A stretch of DNA of 64,000 nt from Candidatus Bathyarchaeota archaeon (GCA_963782525.1 CAWAKC010000003.1:384001-448000); one strand, 5' to 3'; positions 43,273-54,472 are shown, counted from the stretch's first letter. Translations and numbers: made by a program. Notes: generated by a model not told the origin, from the letters alone.

Positions 43273-44058
43273 TTGCAGCTTATGAACGTCGAAATCACAA
43301 TGCTAAAAGAGTTTACGCCCAGCCAATTAATACTCGTATGCGGATTGCCTGGAACAGCCTACATTGGAAAACTTTCAGTTGACTACCTCACCAAGGAACT
43401 CAAAGCTGAACTGGTCGGGGAAGTATACTCAAAATATTTTCCACCCTTTGCCGTTATTAGGGAAGACGGACTTGTTGAGCTTCTTCGAAACGAACTCCAC
43501 CAATTCAAAGACGAATCGGGACGAACCATAGTTTTTCTCACCGGAAACTCACAGGCTTATTCACCAGAGGGCCAATACGAGATAGCGGATGCAGTTTTGG
43601 ACTGGGCAATCACCAATGGCGTACAAAGAGTATACTCCATTGCAGCCTACATAACGGAGAGATCCTTTGAGGCGCCAAACGTCTACTGCACTACGACAAC
43701 GTTAGCTTTGCTTGAAGAAGCTAAGGCACATGGCGCCCAACTTCTAAATAATGGCATCATCGGTGGCGAAAATGGTGTAATAATGGGTCTCGCCAAAAAG
43801 AAAAACGTGGAAGGCGCGTGTTTGCTTGCGGAAACTCGCGGGTATCAGACTACAACTGGAGAAGATGTTATAGATCCCCGGGCAGCAAAGGCAGCTCTGA
43901 AAGTTTTGACTTCAATGTTGAATTTGAAAGTAGACATGGAACCCATGGAAAAGCAGGTGGTGCAGATGGATGAGGCAATTGCGAAAATGGTCGAAATTGA
44001 GCGTCGAATACGAGAAGAAATCACCCGTTCAGGTAAGAAACCCGCCTACGTCACTTAA
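43273..44058 (+). CDS. PAC2-family proteasome assembly chaperone
   Basis: GLPGTAYIGKL, GIIGGENG, DPRAAK. Confidence 0.9.
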   Translation: MQLMNVEITMLKEFTPSQLILVCGLPGTAYIGKLSVDYLTKELKAELVGEVYSKYFPPFAVIREDGLVELLRNELHQFKDESGRTIVFLTGNSQAYSPEGQYEIADAVLDWAITNGVQRVYSIAAYITERSFEAPNVYCTTTTLALLEEAKAHGAQLLNNGIIGGENGVIMGLAKKKNVEGACLLAETRGYQTTTGEDVIDPRAAKAALKVLTSMLNLKVDMEPMEKQVVQMDEAIAKMVEIERRIREEITRSGKKPAYVT

Positions 44059-44070
44059 ACTGAGGCTGCA

Positions 44071-44748
44071 TTGATGGAAAAGGAAACGTGGATAGAACGC
44101 CGCGGCGACGCTGAACTCATCGAACCCATAGCTGTAGTTGGCTCGCCAGGGTTAAGGTCTATAGGCAAACTCGTTATGGAAAGTCTCATAGCTAAAACCC
44201 AAGCAACGCTAATTGCAGACTTGTATTCTACGCATATGCCGTCTATCTACCAAACCAAACCCTCCTACGCTGCCCATCCAATGTTGCCTGGCACGGGAGG
44301 AATCATCGTTGAATCAGGCGAAGCAGACTTTCCTAAAGTCCAATTCTACGCTTGTTCCACTCCTTCTTTAATCATTACAAAAGGATATCACGCAAATTTT
44401 GAAGGCCAATATGAAGTTGCAGTAAAAGTGCTCAATTTTTTAGCTGAAAACCACGTCAAACGAATAATAGTCGTTGCAGGTTATGGTTCAAAAGACAAAA
44501 AAATATGTGGAGCAGCTACCAGTAAAGAATTAGTTGCTGAGCTGAAAGAAAAATATGGTATCGACATAGGATACACAGGACCCTTCATGGGCTTCTCAGG
44601 GCTGGTGTTTGGTTTGTCAAAGCGGATAGACATGGAGGCGCTATGCCTTTTTGCAGGCACCGAACCAAAAGAAGACATAGAGTTTCCAGATAAAGAAGCA
44701 TCAGAAAGAGCTTTGGACAAACTCAGCAAGATTCTTGGTTTTCATTAA
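44071..44748 (+). CDS. PAC2-family protein
   Basis: GSPGLRSIGKL, FMGFSGL, PDKEAS. Confidence 0.85.
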   Translation: MMEKETWIERRGDAELIEPIAVVGSPGLRSIGKLVMESLIAKTQATLIADLYSTHMPSIYQTKPSYAAHPMLPGTGGIIVESGEADFPKVQFYACSTPSLIITKGYHANFEGQYEVAVKVLNFLAENHVKRIIVVAGYGSKDKKICGAATSKELVAELKEKYGIDIGYTGPFMGFSGLVFGLSKRIDMEALCLFAGTEPKEDIEFPDKEASERALDKLSKILGFH

Positions 44749-44823
44749 TAGCCTAAATATCTTAGATTTCGTAAGCTGGCTATGCGTTGTCGTGTTACAA
44801 ACACTTCTTAATTTTCTACATTG

Positions 44824-44977
44824 CTATTTAAAACGATAGTTAGTCTTTCCCCAATATGAGAATTTGGATTCTTCTGTTAGTTGGTCGTCTCTGCAGTCCC
44901 AACACATGCCATGATACTGTTCGATTTCTTCTTTTGGTAATGACTTCACAGCAAATGCTACACTTATTTGCATCCAT
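44824..44977 (-). pseudogene. small CxxC..CWDC Zn-finger protein, copy 3 (frameshift)
   Basis: MDANKCSICCEVITK / EEIEQYHGMCWDCRDDQLTEESKF. Confidence 0.7.
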
Positions 44978-44988
44978 CTTGCAAGTCC

Positions 44989-45492
44989 TTAATTTGGGAG
45001 GTCAAAGCCAGTAGCATTGTTGAATTTCTTTCTGAAAATCCAATCTAAGTTTTCCAAGTTTTGCGGATAAATGGAAACTAGTCGTTTGTTTCTTTTGTGA
45101 TAAATAGCCATTTTTCGTCTCATATTTCTCTCGTAATTCTCTCTAGTCCAAGAGTCGTCTGCATTCAACAATCCCCAGAACTCAACATAGACATCATAAT
45201 CTGGTAGATAAAAATCTGGATTCCTTATTACGTAGTCAGGGCTTTGCTCATAAACGTACCTTATGTTATTCTTTTTGAAATAATCGGCAATTCGCTTTTC
45301 AGAAAAACTTCTGACTAATTCACCATCAGTAAACGATTGAATACCATACGAGGGTGTATTTAGTGGTTGAAATTTGTTCTTGTTTGTCCGGAATATTTTT
45401 GCTAAAATATAGATTACAATAATCCAGAATAACGGATTAAGTAAGAATATGTAAACAAATACTGAGTTGTCCATCGCATAGTTGGTACACAA
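44989..45492 (-). CDS. membrane-anchored PD-(D/E)xK-like nuclease
   Basis: N-terminal TM; GELVRSFSEKRIAD..YVYE..PDFYLPDYDVYVEFWG. Confidence 0.7.
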   Translation of the reverse strand: MCTNYAMDNSVFVYIFLLNPLFWIIVIYILAKIFRTNKNKFQPLNTPSYGIQSFTDGELVRSFSEKRIADYFKKNNIRYVYEQSPDYVIRNPDFYLPDYDVYVEFWGLLNADDSWTRENYERNMRRKMAIYHKRNKRLVSIYPQNLENLDWIFRKKFNNATGFDLPN

Positions 45493-45947
45493 GGGAAGCT
45501 AATTAAAATCTTATGAAACTGAAAGTCATATCAAATTAAATTTCAAAAAAAACTAGGGTTTCTTCATGAAGCATGCTTTATTTTCATCGACTAAGCGAAC
45601 TCGTTATTTTCTTTGAATCTCTTAGTTGACTTGTGGATAGTTCACCTAGATTTGTTATGTCATATGCTTGTACACTGATAATAAAAGCAAATAACCTAAC
45701 CTTTATTCAGAATGACGAGAAATCATATTTAGAGATTGTCTCTTCCTTTGCCTGACTTTTTTCCTGGGTTTTTGCTGGGTAATCCGGCTTTGCCTTGGGC
45801 AATTTTTCGCCTCCAAATCCACGGGGTGGGGTTTCTAAACAGTTTCTTTTAAGATTTTATGTAGTAATTCGTAATACACAAAGCTTTAAAGCAAAAACAC
45901 TGCATAAACTATTAGGGATAACGCTTTTGCCTTAAGAAGATTATTTA

Positions 45948-46421
45948 ATGCCGAACGAGAACATCCGGTACCAAAGCGATTTTGACGTTTCATATGCCGG
46001 TAAACTCTATACCGTCGTTCTTACTGATATTCGATTAATTTTGTATGCGCGTAAAGGTTTGATTTTCAAGAGTGATGATGTTGTAACCGAAGCTATCAGA
46101 GACGTTCAGGGAATCAAGTATAAGGAAACAGGTATGTTTATCAAAAGTTCATACCTTGAAATTTCAAGTGCATCAAAGATGGTTTTGACAGGCAATCAGG
46201 CTTCAATCAAAACTCTATATCAAAGATTATTACCTTTCCTGTCTCCAGAACTGCGGCAACCTGCACAACAAGTACACAGCATGTATATGCCTCCACCGCC
46301 TCCTGCATACGCAGCTACTGCATCCCAAACATCATACGCCTCTTCCAAGTTCTGTCCAGCTTGTGGAATCGAACAACCAACCAACAGCAAATTCTGCAAC
46401 AATTGCGGCAAACCTGTGTGA
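45948..46421 (+). CDS. PH-like domain + Pro-rich linker + zinc ribbon
   Basis: VLTDIRLILY; CPACG..FCNNCG. Confidence 0.75.
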   Translation: MPNENIRYQSDFDVSYAGKLYTVVLTDIRLILYARKGLIFKSDDVVTEAIRDVQGIKYKETGMFIKSSYLEISSASKMVLTGNQASIKTLYQRLLPFLSPELRQPAQQVHSMYMPPPPPAYAATASQTSYASSKFCPACGIEQPTNSKFCNNCGKPV

Positions 46422-46432
46422 GCTAACTCAAC

Positions 46433-46948
46433 ATGGAAAGGCAAACTTTTCAAACGTACAATTGTGACCTGACAACGTTACACAAAAGTATGGAAACATA
46501 CTTTGTTGGAAAATGCTATAGGGTAAATAATTTCTTTAAAGAAAATCTTTACTTAACTCAGGCTTACAAGAAACAATTAGGAAATAATGTAATTGTTTCT
46601 CAAATCCAAGGAACACCGGAAAATTTTGATATCTCAATAGGATACTCTCAAAAAATAAACAACATTAACGCAATACAACCATTTGAAAAAATTCCCTTCA
46701 ACACGAAAATCATTTTAGGGGAGCCTTTGCTGGAAAAAAACTTTATGAACTATATTACTACGCAAGCTGAACTAAAAAGAAATACCTTTGGAATGGGAAT
46801 ATCCAATTCTACACAGCCATTTTTGGCACCTGTTTGGAAAGAAAGAGAAATAATTAGAGAAATTGAGGTAGTCTACTGCAGATATTGTGGTACAAAAAAC
46901 AATGCCAGACAAACAAATTGTATAAAATGCAACGCTTCACTTCACTAG
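46433..46948 (+). CDS. zinc-ribbon protein
   Basis: C-terminal CRYCG..N..CIKC. Confidence 0.7.
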   Translation: MERQTFQTYNCDLTTLHKSMETYFVGKCYRVNNFFKENLYLTQAYKKQLGNNVIVSQIQGTPENFDISIGYSQKINNINAIQPFEKIPFNTKIILGEPLLEKNFMNYITTQAELKRNTFGMGISNSTQPFLAPVWKEREIIREIEVVYCRYCGTKNNARQTNCIKCNASLH

Positions 46949-47244
46949 TTTCTTTCAGGCTTGTGTGGTTACGCCTCGTTACTGTTTATCGTCGTTTAGA
47001 CATTTACCTGTTGAAACAACTTTTATTTCAAAAGCCAGTAAATGCGATTATTACGAAAAATCTGGAGATGTGCGTGATTTGGCAGAACAACGTAATAATC
47101 AATCAGAGTTTAGTTTTGAATTGGAAGAATTAAGCGCAAAGTTTGCGGGGATAAAAGAGCCTTCAAAGAAAGTTAAACTCAATTAATGAGCGTTGCAATT
47201 TTCCGTTTGTTGGACAGTTGCTTTTGGTGATTCATAAATCACTA

Positions 47245-47346
47245 CTACAGTCGCCAGCAAGGTTGCTTATCTAATCGATCAGGGTGCTGGGCCTGAGCAC
47301 ATTTTGGCGTTAGCGTTTAACCAGAAAGCTGCTGAAGAACAAAAAG
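47245..47346 (+). pseudogene. diverged fragment of the UvrD gene (copy of 32536-32636)
   Basis: TVASKVAYLIDQGAGPEHILALAFNQKAAEE. Confidence 0.8.
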
Positions 47347-47419
47347 GCTAAATTTACACATTACAACAAACGGTTTGAGTGATAACTGATAAACGCTTAT
47401 TCTTGGTCGATGACATGAT

Positions 47420-49084
47420 TTATAGTTTGGATTTTTTTCTTTTTAACAAAACAATAAGGAGGCTTACAGCTGCAAGTGCTATGATGAGGAATAATGCTAT
47501 TGGCAGGATGTTGAATTCTTCAGCAGCAGAAATTGGCGTTGAGGTTGGCGTCTGTGTGGGTTGGCTTTGGTTTACTCCATCAGTGATGGTTACTCTGTGA
47601 GTGCTATGAGTATAGGAGAAGCCTAAGTTCCATGAATCGCCATTATCGGCAAGGGCATAACTAAGTTGTTTGTCGTCCATGGTGACTTTGAGAGAGCCGC
47701 CGTTTGGCATAACAGATTTGGCTATGGTGACATTGGTGGAGCCTGAGGTGCCACTGGGTCCGCTGACAGTGAAGCTGAGGGTTGCATTTTCGGGGTTGAA
47801 GACTACGTCGGTTACGGTGCTGTTGGTTCCAATGTGAAAAGGGTTACTCTCTGAACCGCCGCTGTTTGGCATGTTAATGCTTGGGAAAGTCATGGAGTTA
47901 GGTTGTGCTTCGGGGTTTGGCGAGGTAAGAATTGGATTAATAGTTACCGTGCCGTCGTAAGATGAAAAAGTGCTATCCCAAATGCTGTTTTCGATGGTTT
48001 GGGTGTCGGTTGTTCCCCACCAGTTACTGGTTGCATCAACATTATTGCCTGTATAGAGGTAAAAGCTGTAATTGCCATTGTTTTCCAGGTTGTTGTTTTT
48101 CACCGTCAGGGTCGGCGCGTTACTTACTACTATACCTTCTTGGTTGTTTCTGATCGTGTTATCGCTGATGATGGCGTCGGACGCTACGTGAAGTGCATTT
48201 CTCGTAGTGTTAACAATTATGTTTCTCTGTATGGTCGTGGTGCCGCCTTGCAAAACAGAAATCCCATCTAAGCAACCTGTGATGACATTGTCAGTTATCA
48301 CTGCACCTGCACCATGCAAACTATTTTCGTAGTCCGCTGTAATGCCAATACCGCTACCAAGCCAACTATCGTAAATCAAGCTATATAGACTGTCCACGTC
48401 GCCATCAAAGTTAACATACTTGAAACCAGTGACTAGATTGTTTGTAACGGTTGCGCCGCTTTGCGCCAACGAGATGCCTCCCTCAATGGTGTTATGAGAA
48501 ATTACCAGGGCACCAACGTTGTCGCCTTCGCTAATTATCATACCCATAATGCCGTTTGAGCTAATCGTTGGAGACCCGCCGGTTATGCCTATTCCGCGTT
48601 GGCTGTCAGCTCCATAAATAAGATTGTTTGAAATGCTGGGCGCCCCACCGGTTACTAATACTGCTTCGAAGCTGTTTGCTGAGCCTCGCCCAATGATGGT
48701 GTTGCTGTCAATTGTGGCTGAACTGCCAAGGATAAGATTAGTGGGATTTAAGATTGCATTTTCAATCACACTGCCAGAGCCGCTACCACTAAGGGAAACG
48801 TCTCCGCCTGTAAAACTGATTTTTTCAGAAATGGTGCCTTCGGCAACCAAAATGCCGTTTACCTGCAATGTGCAGTCGCTGGGAATTTGTATGGTGACGC
48901 CAGGTTCAATTGTTAAAGTTGCGCCAGAGGCCACGGTTACGTTTCCAGTTAACGTGTAGGGGCTGTTAGCTTTGGTCCAAGTTGTATTGGAACTAATCGT
49001 TGTGGCTCCATAAACGGTTGCAATTACAAAGAACATCGCGCAAAGTAACAACGCGATTAATCCAGCGTTTAATAGGCGTTTCAT
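47420..49084 (-). CDS. secreted right-handed beta-helix (NosD/pectin-lyase-like) surface protein with C-terminal TM anchor
   Basis: Signal peptide, WTKANSPY..TLTIEPGV, PbH1 repeats, NWWG, TM + basic tail. Confidence 0.85.
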   Translation of the reverse strand: MKRLLNAGLIALLLCAMFFVIATVYGATTISSNTTWTKANSPYTLTGNVTVASGATLTIEPGVTIQIPSDCTLQVNGILVAEGTISEKISFTGGDVSLSGSGSGSVIENAILNPTNLILGSSATIDSNTIIGRGSANSFEAVLVTGGAPSISNNLIYGADSQRGIGITGGSPTISSNGIMGMIISEGDNVGALVISHNTIEGGISLAQSGATVTNNLVTGFKYVNFDGDVDSLYSLIYDSWLGSGIGITADYENSLHGAGAVITDNVITGCLDGISVLQGGTTTIQRNIIVNTTRNALHVASDAIISDNTIRNNQEGIVVSNAPTLTVKNNNLENNGNYSFYLYTGNNVDATSNWWGTTDTQTIENSIWDSTFSSYDGTVTINPILTSPNPEAQPNSMTFPSINMPNSGGSESNPFHIGTNSTVTDVVFNPENATLSFTVSGPSGTSGSTNVTIAKSVMPNGGSLKVTMDDKQLSYALADNGDSWNLGFSYTHSTHRVTITDGVNQSQPTQTPTSTPISAAEEFNILPIALFLIIALAAVSLLIVLLKRKKSKL

Positions 49085-49717
49085 CTATATGCCCCTTTAC
49101 AACTTTACTTACATACGTCAGTATATATTTGCCCTATCTCTTGGCAGAAACAAGGAGTCTTCTTTGGATATTTCTCGACCGCAAACCGGGCAATGGATTC
49201 GAACCCCAGTGAAAGAGGCGACGTCGCCAACAAACTCAGTTTCTCCGCAGCTTTCCCTTTTTTTATTGCAATTTGCTTGAAGGGAAACAGGTTTTTTTTA
49301 TGGCTTCTATAAAGCTAAAGTGGCGAAATCTCCCGCATATTTCCTTTTTTCTTTCTTCAGTCTAAATTGTTTTGAAACTAAGTACTTACTGTTCTGTGGA
49401 AAGTTAGGTTAGTGGCGATGTCTCAGCATTTCCTTTTTTATAGTGAAAAAACATATTCTCTTCAATATCAGCTTTAAAATTCTCGAAGGAATAATATGAA
49501 AGGACAAAAAGGGGATTGTTGATGGAAATTGGATGGAAATAGTTGGGGCAGTTATTGAAGTCGTAGTAAGTATGATCTTCATTGTACTTGGAGGCATTAT
49601 GTTTTAATGCTATATTCAATAAATCCATTGATGGCTGTTGTTTGGGTAATATTTCTGCTAATTTGGCAAAATAGATAATGTTAGGATTTGTATCTTTCAG
49701 TAAAAAGTTTAGGACGA

Positions 49718-50368
49718 CTAGCCTGTAAACCAGTAGGTAGTCGTTCCAGTAAAGAGACTGTCGCCATCTAAGCCATGATTCATAGCATTTGTTATGATTG
49801 CTACGCCCGAGAATGTGACTCTCATCTCCATGTGTTTGCCGTTAATTATGCCATGTCCACACCACTGTCCTGTAAGGCCGATTCCTAAGAATTTTGTTCC
49901 GTCAACTACCAAAAATGTTCCACCTGTATTAGTGGTTGCTGTGAAGGACAGCCCATGATAAGTGTACATCGCGATTCCGGTGAACTCCCACGTACCTGCG
50001 CCACTGTATGATCCCACTGCACAAGTGTAGGTTCCATGGGTTACGCCGCTTCCGGTATAGGTACTTAGATAGAGCTCGCTATTACCTATGTTTTTACCTG
50101 TGATAATTCCCCACGGTGATCCGAAAACCTGTTGAATTTCTCCTGCGTCTCTGGTATGCATTATGTTGTCTTTTGTGAATCGTGTGCCTGGGTGATTGGG
50201 ATCATCATAGCCAATGTTTGTGTTTTGAAAAGTTAGTTTTGGTAGACACGCAAAAGTAGGCGCAACCGAGGCAAACAGCATCAATAATACGATAGAAACA
50301 ACAATTAAACCCTTTAGATTCTTCATTATCATTTCACCTCCTTCCTTATTTTTTTCTTTAATTTGCAC
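49718..50368 (-). CDS. secreted hypothetical protein
   Basis: Signal peptide; Gly/Thr-rich beta-type sequence. Confidence 0.7.
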   Translation of the reverse strand: MQIKEKNKEGGEMIMKNLKGLIVVSIVLLMLFASVAPTFACLPKLTFQNTNIGYDDPNHPGTRFTKDNIMHTRDAGEIQQVFGSPWGIITGKNIGNSELYLSTYTGSGVTHGTYTCAVGSYSGAGTWEFTGIAMYTYHGLSFTATTNTGGTFLVVDGTKFLGIGLTGQWCGHGIINGKHMEMRVTFSGVAIITNAMNHGLDGDSLFTGTTTYWFTG

Positions 50369-50594
50369 TCAGGTATTTTTTTTGATTCTTGGTTGAATAA
50401 TTTCGTTCCTACAGTGTCATATGAGAGGAAAAATATGTAACTTTTTTTCACTAGATAAAACTTTCAAAAACAACTCAAACGTTGGAACAAACCATCAATT
50501 CATAGCAAATGAACGAAAAAGTCAAAAAAGTAGCTCAAAAACACCATAAAACCGTGAAAATTCCACAATCAAGCTATTCAAGAACAGAATCAGC

Positions 50595-53500
50595 TTATTT
50601 ATTTTTCATTATCCTCTGCTCAACCAGGAGTCTAATAGGCTCCTTCTCATAGCATATTCGTGCCTTAGTAATTTTTCCTCCGCGACCACGCTCCCCAGGA
50701 AAAACTCGCAATTCCACAAAGCCACGTCTCTCCAACTCGGAAAAGATCTGTCCTTTGTGATGGATATTACCATAGACACTGAACTTTGGAACTTTTCCCT
50801 GTTTAATTATTTCAGTAAAAGTTCTCCAACCAGATTTTTCCAAAGCCAATTTTCGATGCATGTAGTCCTCGATAAATGAATCAACTAAAAAATCAAACGC
50901 TCGCTGAGAGGCCTCACTCTTAAATTCGCACTTGACGAGAGAGCCACTGGTAGCAGACGAAGGCAAAACACAAATGGAAGATTCTTTAGCAACCTGTTGA
51001 GGCGGATCCAACTTTGAAACGTTGGATTCTCTATCAATTCTGACTGTTTTTAGCTTAACATTTACGCTTAATGGGTTAGGCTTTACTATTCTCTTTTCGT
51101 GTTGAGAATTGAGATAAATTACATGTGGGCTGAAGCTGAGAACTCCAGGTTTTTTGGCTTGCATACGAAGTTTGAACAAATCTACTTGAAAAGGACCAAA
51201 CGGTTTGGCGTTAAGCACCAAAGACCCTCTTTGCACTTTGCAATTAGGCGAAATTGAAACCGCTTCTGCCTCTAAAGGAATTAAACCTTCAACATTGATA
51301 AGCTCACCGAATCCCCTGCCAACATTGACCAAAGCAAGTCGAACTTCAAACGATTCGCTCACTTCAACTTCTTTTGTAGCGGTAAATGATGCCTGCAAAT
51401 TGGCGTTAGCAAAATGACGCCCGATTTCTTCATATGTGAGAGCCAACTTTCTCGCTTCCTCCTGTTGTACTTTTGCGTCTGCAAGGCGGTTCTGCTTATC
51501 TAGAACCAATGCATAGTCTGCCCTTGTCCAAGCCTCTAAGGGCACTTTTTCCAGAGTAGTCTTAAGCAAATTGAGACTAGTTTCATAACAGTCGTTTGCC
51601 TCTTTCCATTGATTCTTGGCGGCAAAGAAAACCGCCTTTGACCAAGTCGCCACAGCGATAGCCTGAGTATTGCCGGGGGTTATTTTGCTATCAGGGAAAT
51701 TGTTCAAGAGTTGCTCAAAACACCGCCCTGCTTGCTCCATATCGCCAAGTTTTGTGTATTGTCTTAAGAGATTGGCGCAATTCATCTGGCGCATGCCAAT
51801 CGAATTTTCTTTTTGAGCAGAGACTAACCCCCTTAAACTTGTTTCAATTGCCTCCTTGAATGAGCCTATAGATTCCAGTAAGGCTCCTTGGTAAAGTCCG
51901 ACCCAAGCCAGAGTGTTATAATCACCTATCTTTTCCGCAATCTTTATTGCCACTGCATATTTGTCGAGGGCTTCCTTAACAAAACCGCAATGGTGCCCAA
52001 AAACTATGGCTCCCCATAAGGACGCTTGCATCTGGCCTCTAATATCACTCAGTTCCTCATAGAGAAAGATCGACAGCTGCGTTGCGTTTACTGCTTTATC
52101 CATCTGAAGATCCAGTGCGTACATGTGAGCCAATCTAAAAAGTGCATCTGCAATGTCCAAAAAAGAGTTGTTTTCCTCAAAAACGCGTAATGAATCCTCA
52201 AGTTGTTGTACAGCGACACTGACCTTTCCTTCCCATCCATTACTTTTTCCTATAGACATTTGCAAACGTGCAGCCTCAAGTTTATCGAGTGTCAAGTATG
52301 GTATAATTTTGCTTTCTAATCCTCTAACATGAACTACTACATCTGCATCAGCTCGCCAGAATGCAGCTTGAAAAGCCTTTCTGTAAGCCCGCACACCTGC
52401 CACGCCAGTTTGTGTTGTGATTATTCTCTCATATGCTTCTATGGCGTCATCGAACGTCCCCAGTGCAGAGTATGCATCTCCAAGTCCTTCTTGTGCCAAA
52501 AGTCTTTCTTTGGCAAATTCCTCGGATTGCGGTGCAATTTGGAGGATATAAGTAAAATGTTTGACGGCTTCTAAGTTACTGTATCTTAAAAGGGCGTCTT
52601 CTCCTGCGGATAACGAATATTTGATGGATTTTTCTTTGTTTCCAGCTCTGGTATAATGGAATGCTAAGTCACCAAATGATTGAGATTGAAAACCTTTCAT
52701 ATTAGATTCGATTTTTTCGGCAATTCGAAGATGATACACCTGTCTTAATGGCGGAAGAATTTCCTCGTACAACACGTCCCTAGATTTAGCGTGGTCAAAC
52801 CTGAACGTGTTGTCTTCACAACAAACCAACGAATTGGAACGTGCAATTGCATTCAATGTTTCGAGTATGTGCAAACTATCTTGATCCAGAGCACTCTCAA
52901 GCAATTCAGGGTCAAATTTATCTCCAACGACAGAAGCGGCATCCAAAACTCTTCTTTGCTCAAACTTCAATGTACTCAATCGTCGAAGGATAATATCCTT
53001 AACCTTAGTAGGCGTCCCCAACTTGTCAACAGAAATAGACCACACACCGCCTGCATTAATGAAACTCCCTTGTTCATCCAGCAACCTTAAAGACTCAACT
53101 ACAAAAAGAGGGTTGCCTTGACTTCCCGCCGCAAGCTTCTCCGCCAACTCTTGATGAATCGTTCCAGACAACATACTTTCAGCAATTTTGGTAACCTCAG
53201 ACTGGCTAAGGTTCCCCAGCTTAATCTCATTGAAGAGGTTTTCTCTCCCCATGAGCCGCAAAGTCTCGGCAAGCGAGTTAGGCTGCCCTTCCACGGCAAA
53301 TCCTATTTCCTCGCTCCTGAAAGTAGCCAAAATAAGGATTCTCTCAGAAACTATCATACGCGAAAGATAGTGAAGAAGCGCCAGCGACGCTGAATCAGCC
53401 CAATGAACATCCTCGATGAACAGGATCAGCGGCTTATTGTTTGAAAGATTAAGAAGTTCCTCAGTTACAGCTATAAAAGTCTGATCTTTCCATGCCTGAG

Positions 53501-53885
53501 GCGAAGAGACTTCAAATCTTTGGTCACCCTCAATTTTTATTGTTCTCATCAGCCACGATTTTAAACCCAACTGCTGAGAAGACAACCCCAAACCATCTTC
53601 CTTACCCTCGGACAAGTAAGAGTCAAAAGCTTCTACAAACGGGAAGTAAGGAACAGCTGCGTTGCTAAGACACCACCCAGCCAAAATGGTAACTTCTTTT
53701 CTTCGGGAAACCTCGAGAAACTCGTTTGAAAGCCTTGTTTTCCCACTCCCTGCCTCTCCCGAAATAAAAACAGTTGTCCCATTTCCTAGAACCGCCGACT
53801 CCAAAAAACCCTGCAGTTCCTCGAGTTCACTTTCTCTTCCGACAAGAATTGGTTCATCCAAAATCCGAGTCTTTAACCTTTCCAA
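50595..53885 (-). CDS. STAND AAA ATPase with TPR repeats, Ig-like domain and C-terminal wHTH
   Basis: GEAGSGKT, EDVHWAD, GNPLFV, TPRs, ELERRGFVE..GERGRGG. Confidence 0.85.
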   Translation of the reverse strand: MERLKTRILDEPILVGRESELEELQGFLESAVLGNGTTVFISGEAGSGKTRLSNEFLEVSRRKEVTILAGWCLSNAAVPYFPFVEAFDSYLSEGKEDGLGLSSQQLGLKSWLMRTIKIEGDQRFEVSSPQAWKDQTFIAVTEELLNLSNNKPLILFIEDVHWADSASLALLHYLSRMIVSERILILATFRSEEIGFAVEGQPNSLAETLRLMGRENLFNEIKLGNLSQSEVTKIAESMLSGTIHQELAEKLAAGSQGNPLFVVESLRLLDEQGSFINAGGVWSISVDKLGTPTKVKDIILRRLSTLKFEQRRVLDAASVVGDKFDPELLESALDQDSLHILETLNAIARSNSLVCCEDNTFRFDHAKSRDVLYEEILPPLRQVYHLRIAEKIESNMKGFQSQSFGDLAFHYTRAGNKEKSIKYSLSAGEDALLRYSNLEAVKHFTYILQIAPQSEEFAKERLLAQEGLGDAYSALGTFDDAIEAYERIITTQTGVAGVRAYRKAFQAAFWRADADVVVHVRGLESKIIPYLTLDKLEAARLQMSIGKSNGWEGKVSVAVQQLEDSLRVFEENNSFLDIADALFRLAHMYALDLQMDKAVNATQLSIFLYEELSDIRGQMQASLWGAIVFGHHCGFVKEALDKYAVAIKIAEKIGDYNTLAWVGLYQGALLESIGSFKEAIETSLRGLVSAQKENSIGMRQMNCANLLRQYTKLGDMEQAGRCFEQLLNNFPDSKITPGNTQAIAVATWSKAVFFAAKNQWKEANDCYETSLNLLKTTLEKVPLEAWTRADYALVLDKQNRLADAKVQQEEARKLALTYEEIGRHFANANLQASFTATKEVEVSESFEVRLALVNVGRGFGELINVEGLIPLEAEAVSISPNCKVQRGSLVLNAKPFGPFQVDLFKLRMQAKKPGVLSFSPHVIYLNSQHEKRIVKPNPLSVNVKLKTVRIDRESNVSKLDPPQQVAKESSICVLPSSATSGSLVKCEFKSEASQRAFDFLVDSFIEDYMHRKLALEKSGWRTFTEIIKQGKVPKFSVYGNIHHKGQIFSELERRGFVELRVFPGERGRGGKITKARICYEKEPIRLLVEQRIMKNK

Positions 53886-54130
53886 ATCGAAGGAGACCCC
53901 TTATACCAATATCGTATAACCTCATATATTTCATTTACGTGCGCGCTCTTTTCAACATATGTTTTTTACCTTTGTAAATAATGGTTTTGTCAAAAATATT
54001 TTATAGTGCGATAGTATGGGAAGTGTTAAACGAGCTGGGCGCTCATGCCATTTTATGAGCGCGCGCTTAACAGTGAAATTCATTCATAGGCGTTAATAAA
54101 GTACAAAAAGGAAAAAAAGAGTTAGATGGA

Positions 54131-54472
54131 TTATTTTTGGAGGCTATTCATTATTACTTGAGCATCATTGATGAGCAATTGCGCCGCTTGAACTTCTATA
54201 TGCTTACCGGATTGGGCTTCCACATGTTGAATAAAGGCATTGAGTGCACTTATAGTTCCTTGAATATCCCCTTGGTTTAGAAGCGCCTGAGCATTGTCTA
54301 ATTGCGAATTCAATGAATGTGCGGTTCCCGCGTTATTTATTGCGCCACTTGCTAAGTCCACATCCACTATATCGGACGTTCCCCCAATCGAAGGAACATT
54401 GAATCTTTGAATACAGTGATTAGCACAATCGGCTACGCAGACGTTTCCTGATCCATCAACAGCCACACCAGT
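54131..54472 (-). pseudogene. truncated NHL-repeat/FIMAH-like protein
   Basis: GVAVDGSGNVCVADCANHCIQRF, LNAFIQHVEAQSGKHI; 5' end cut by MITE. Confidence 0.7.

Noticed and set aside
46965-47186. Possible tyrosine-recombinase remnant (SFRH..YYEKSGDVR)
   Set aside because: Too short and degenerate; catalytic residues cannot be assigned
49185-49212. tRNA-like GGATTCGAACCCC
   Set aside because: Only the T-loop motif; no convincing acceptor strand or CCA
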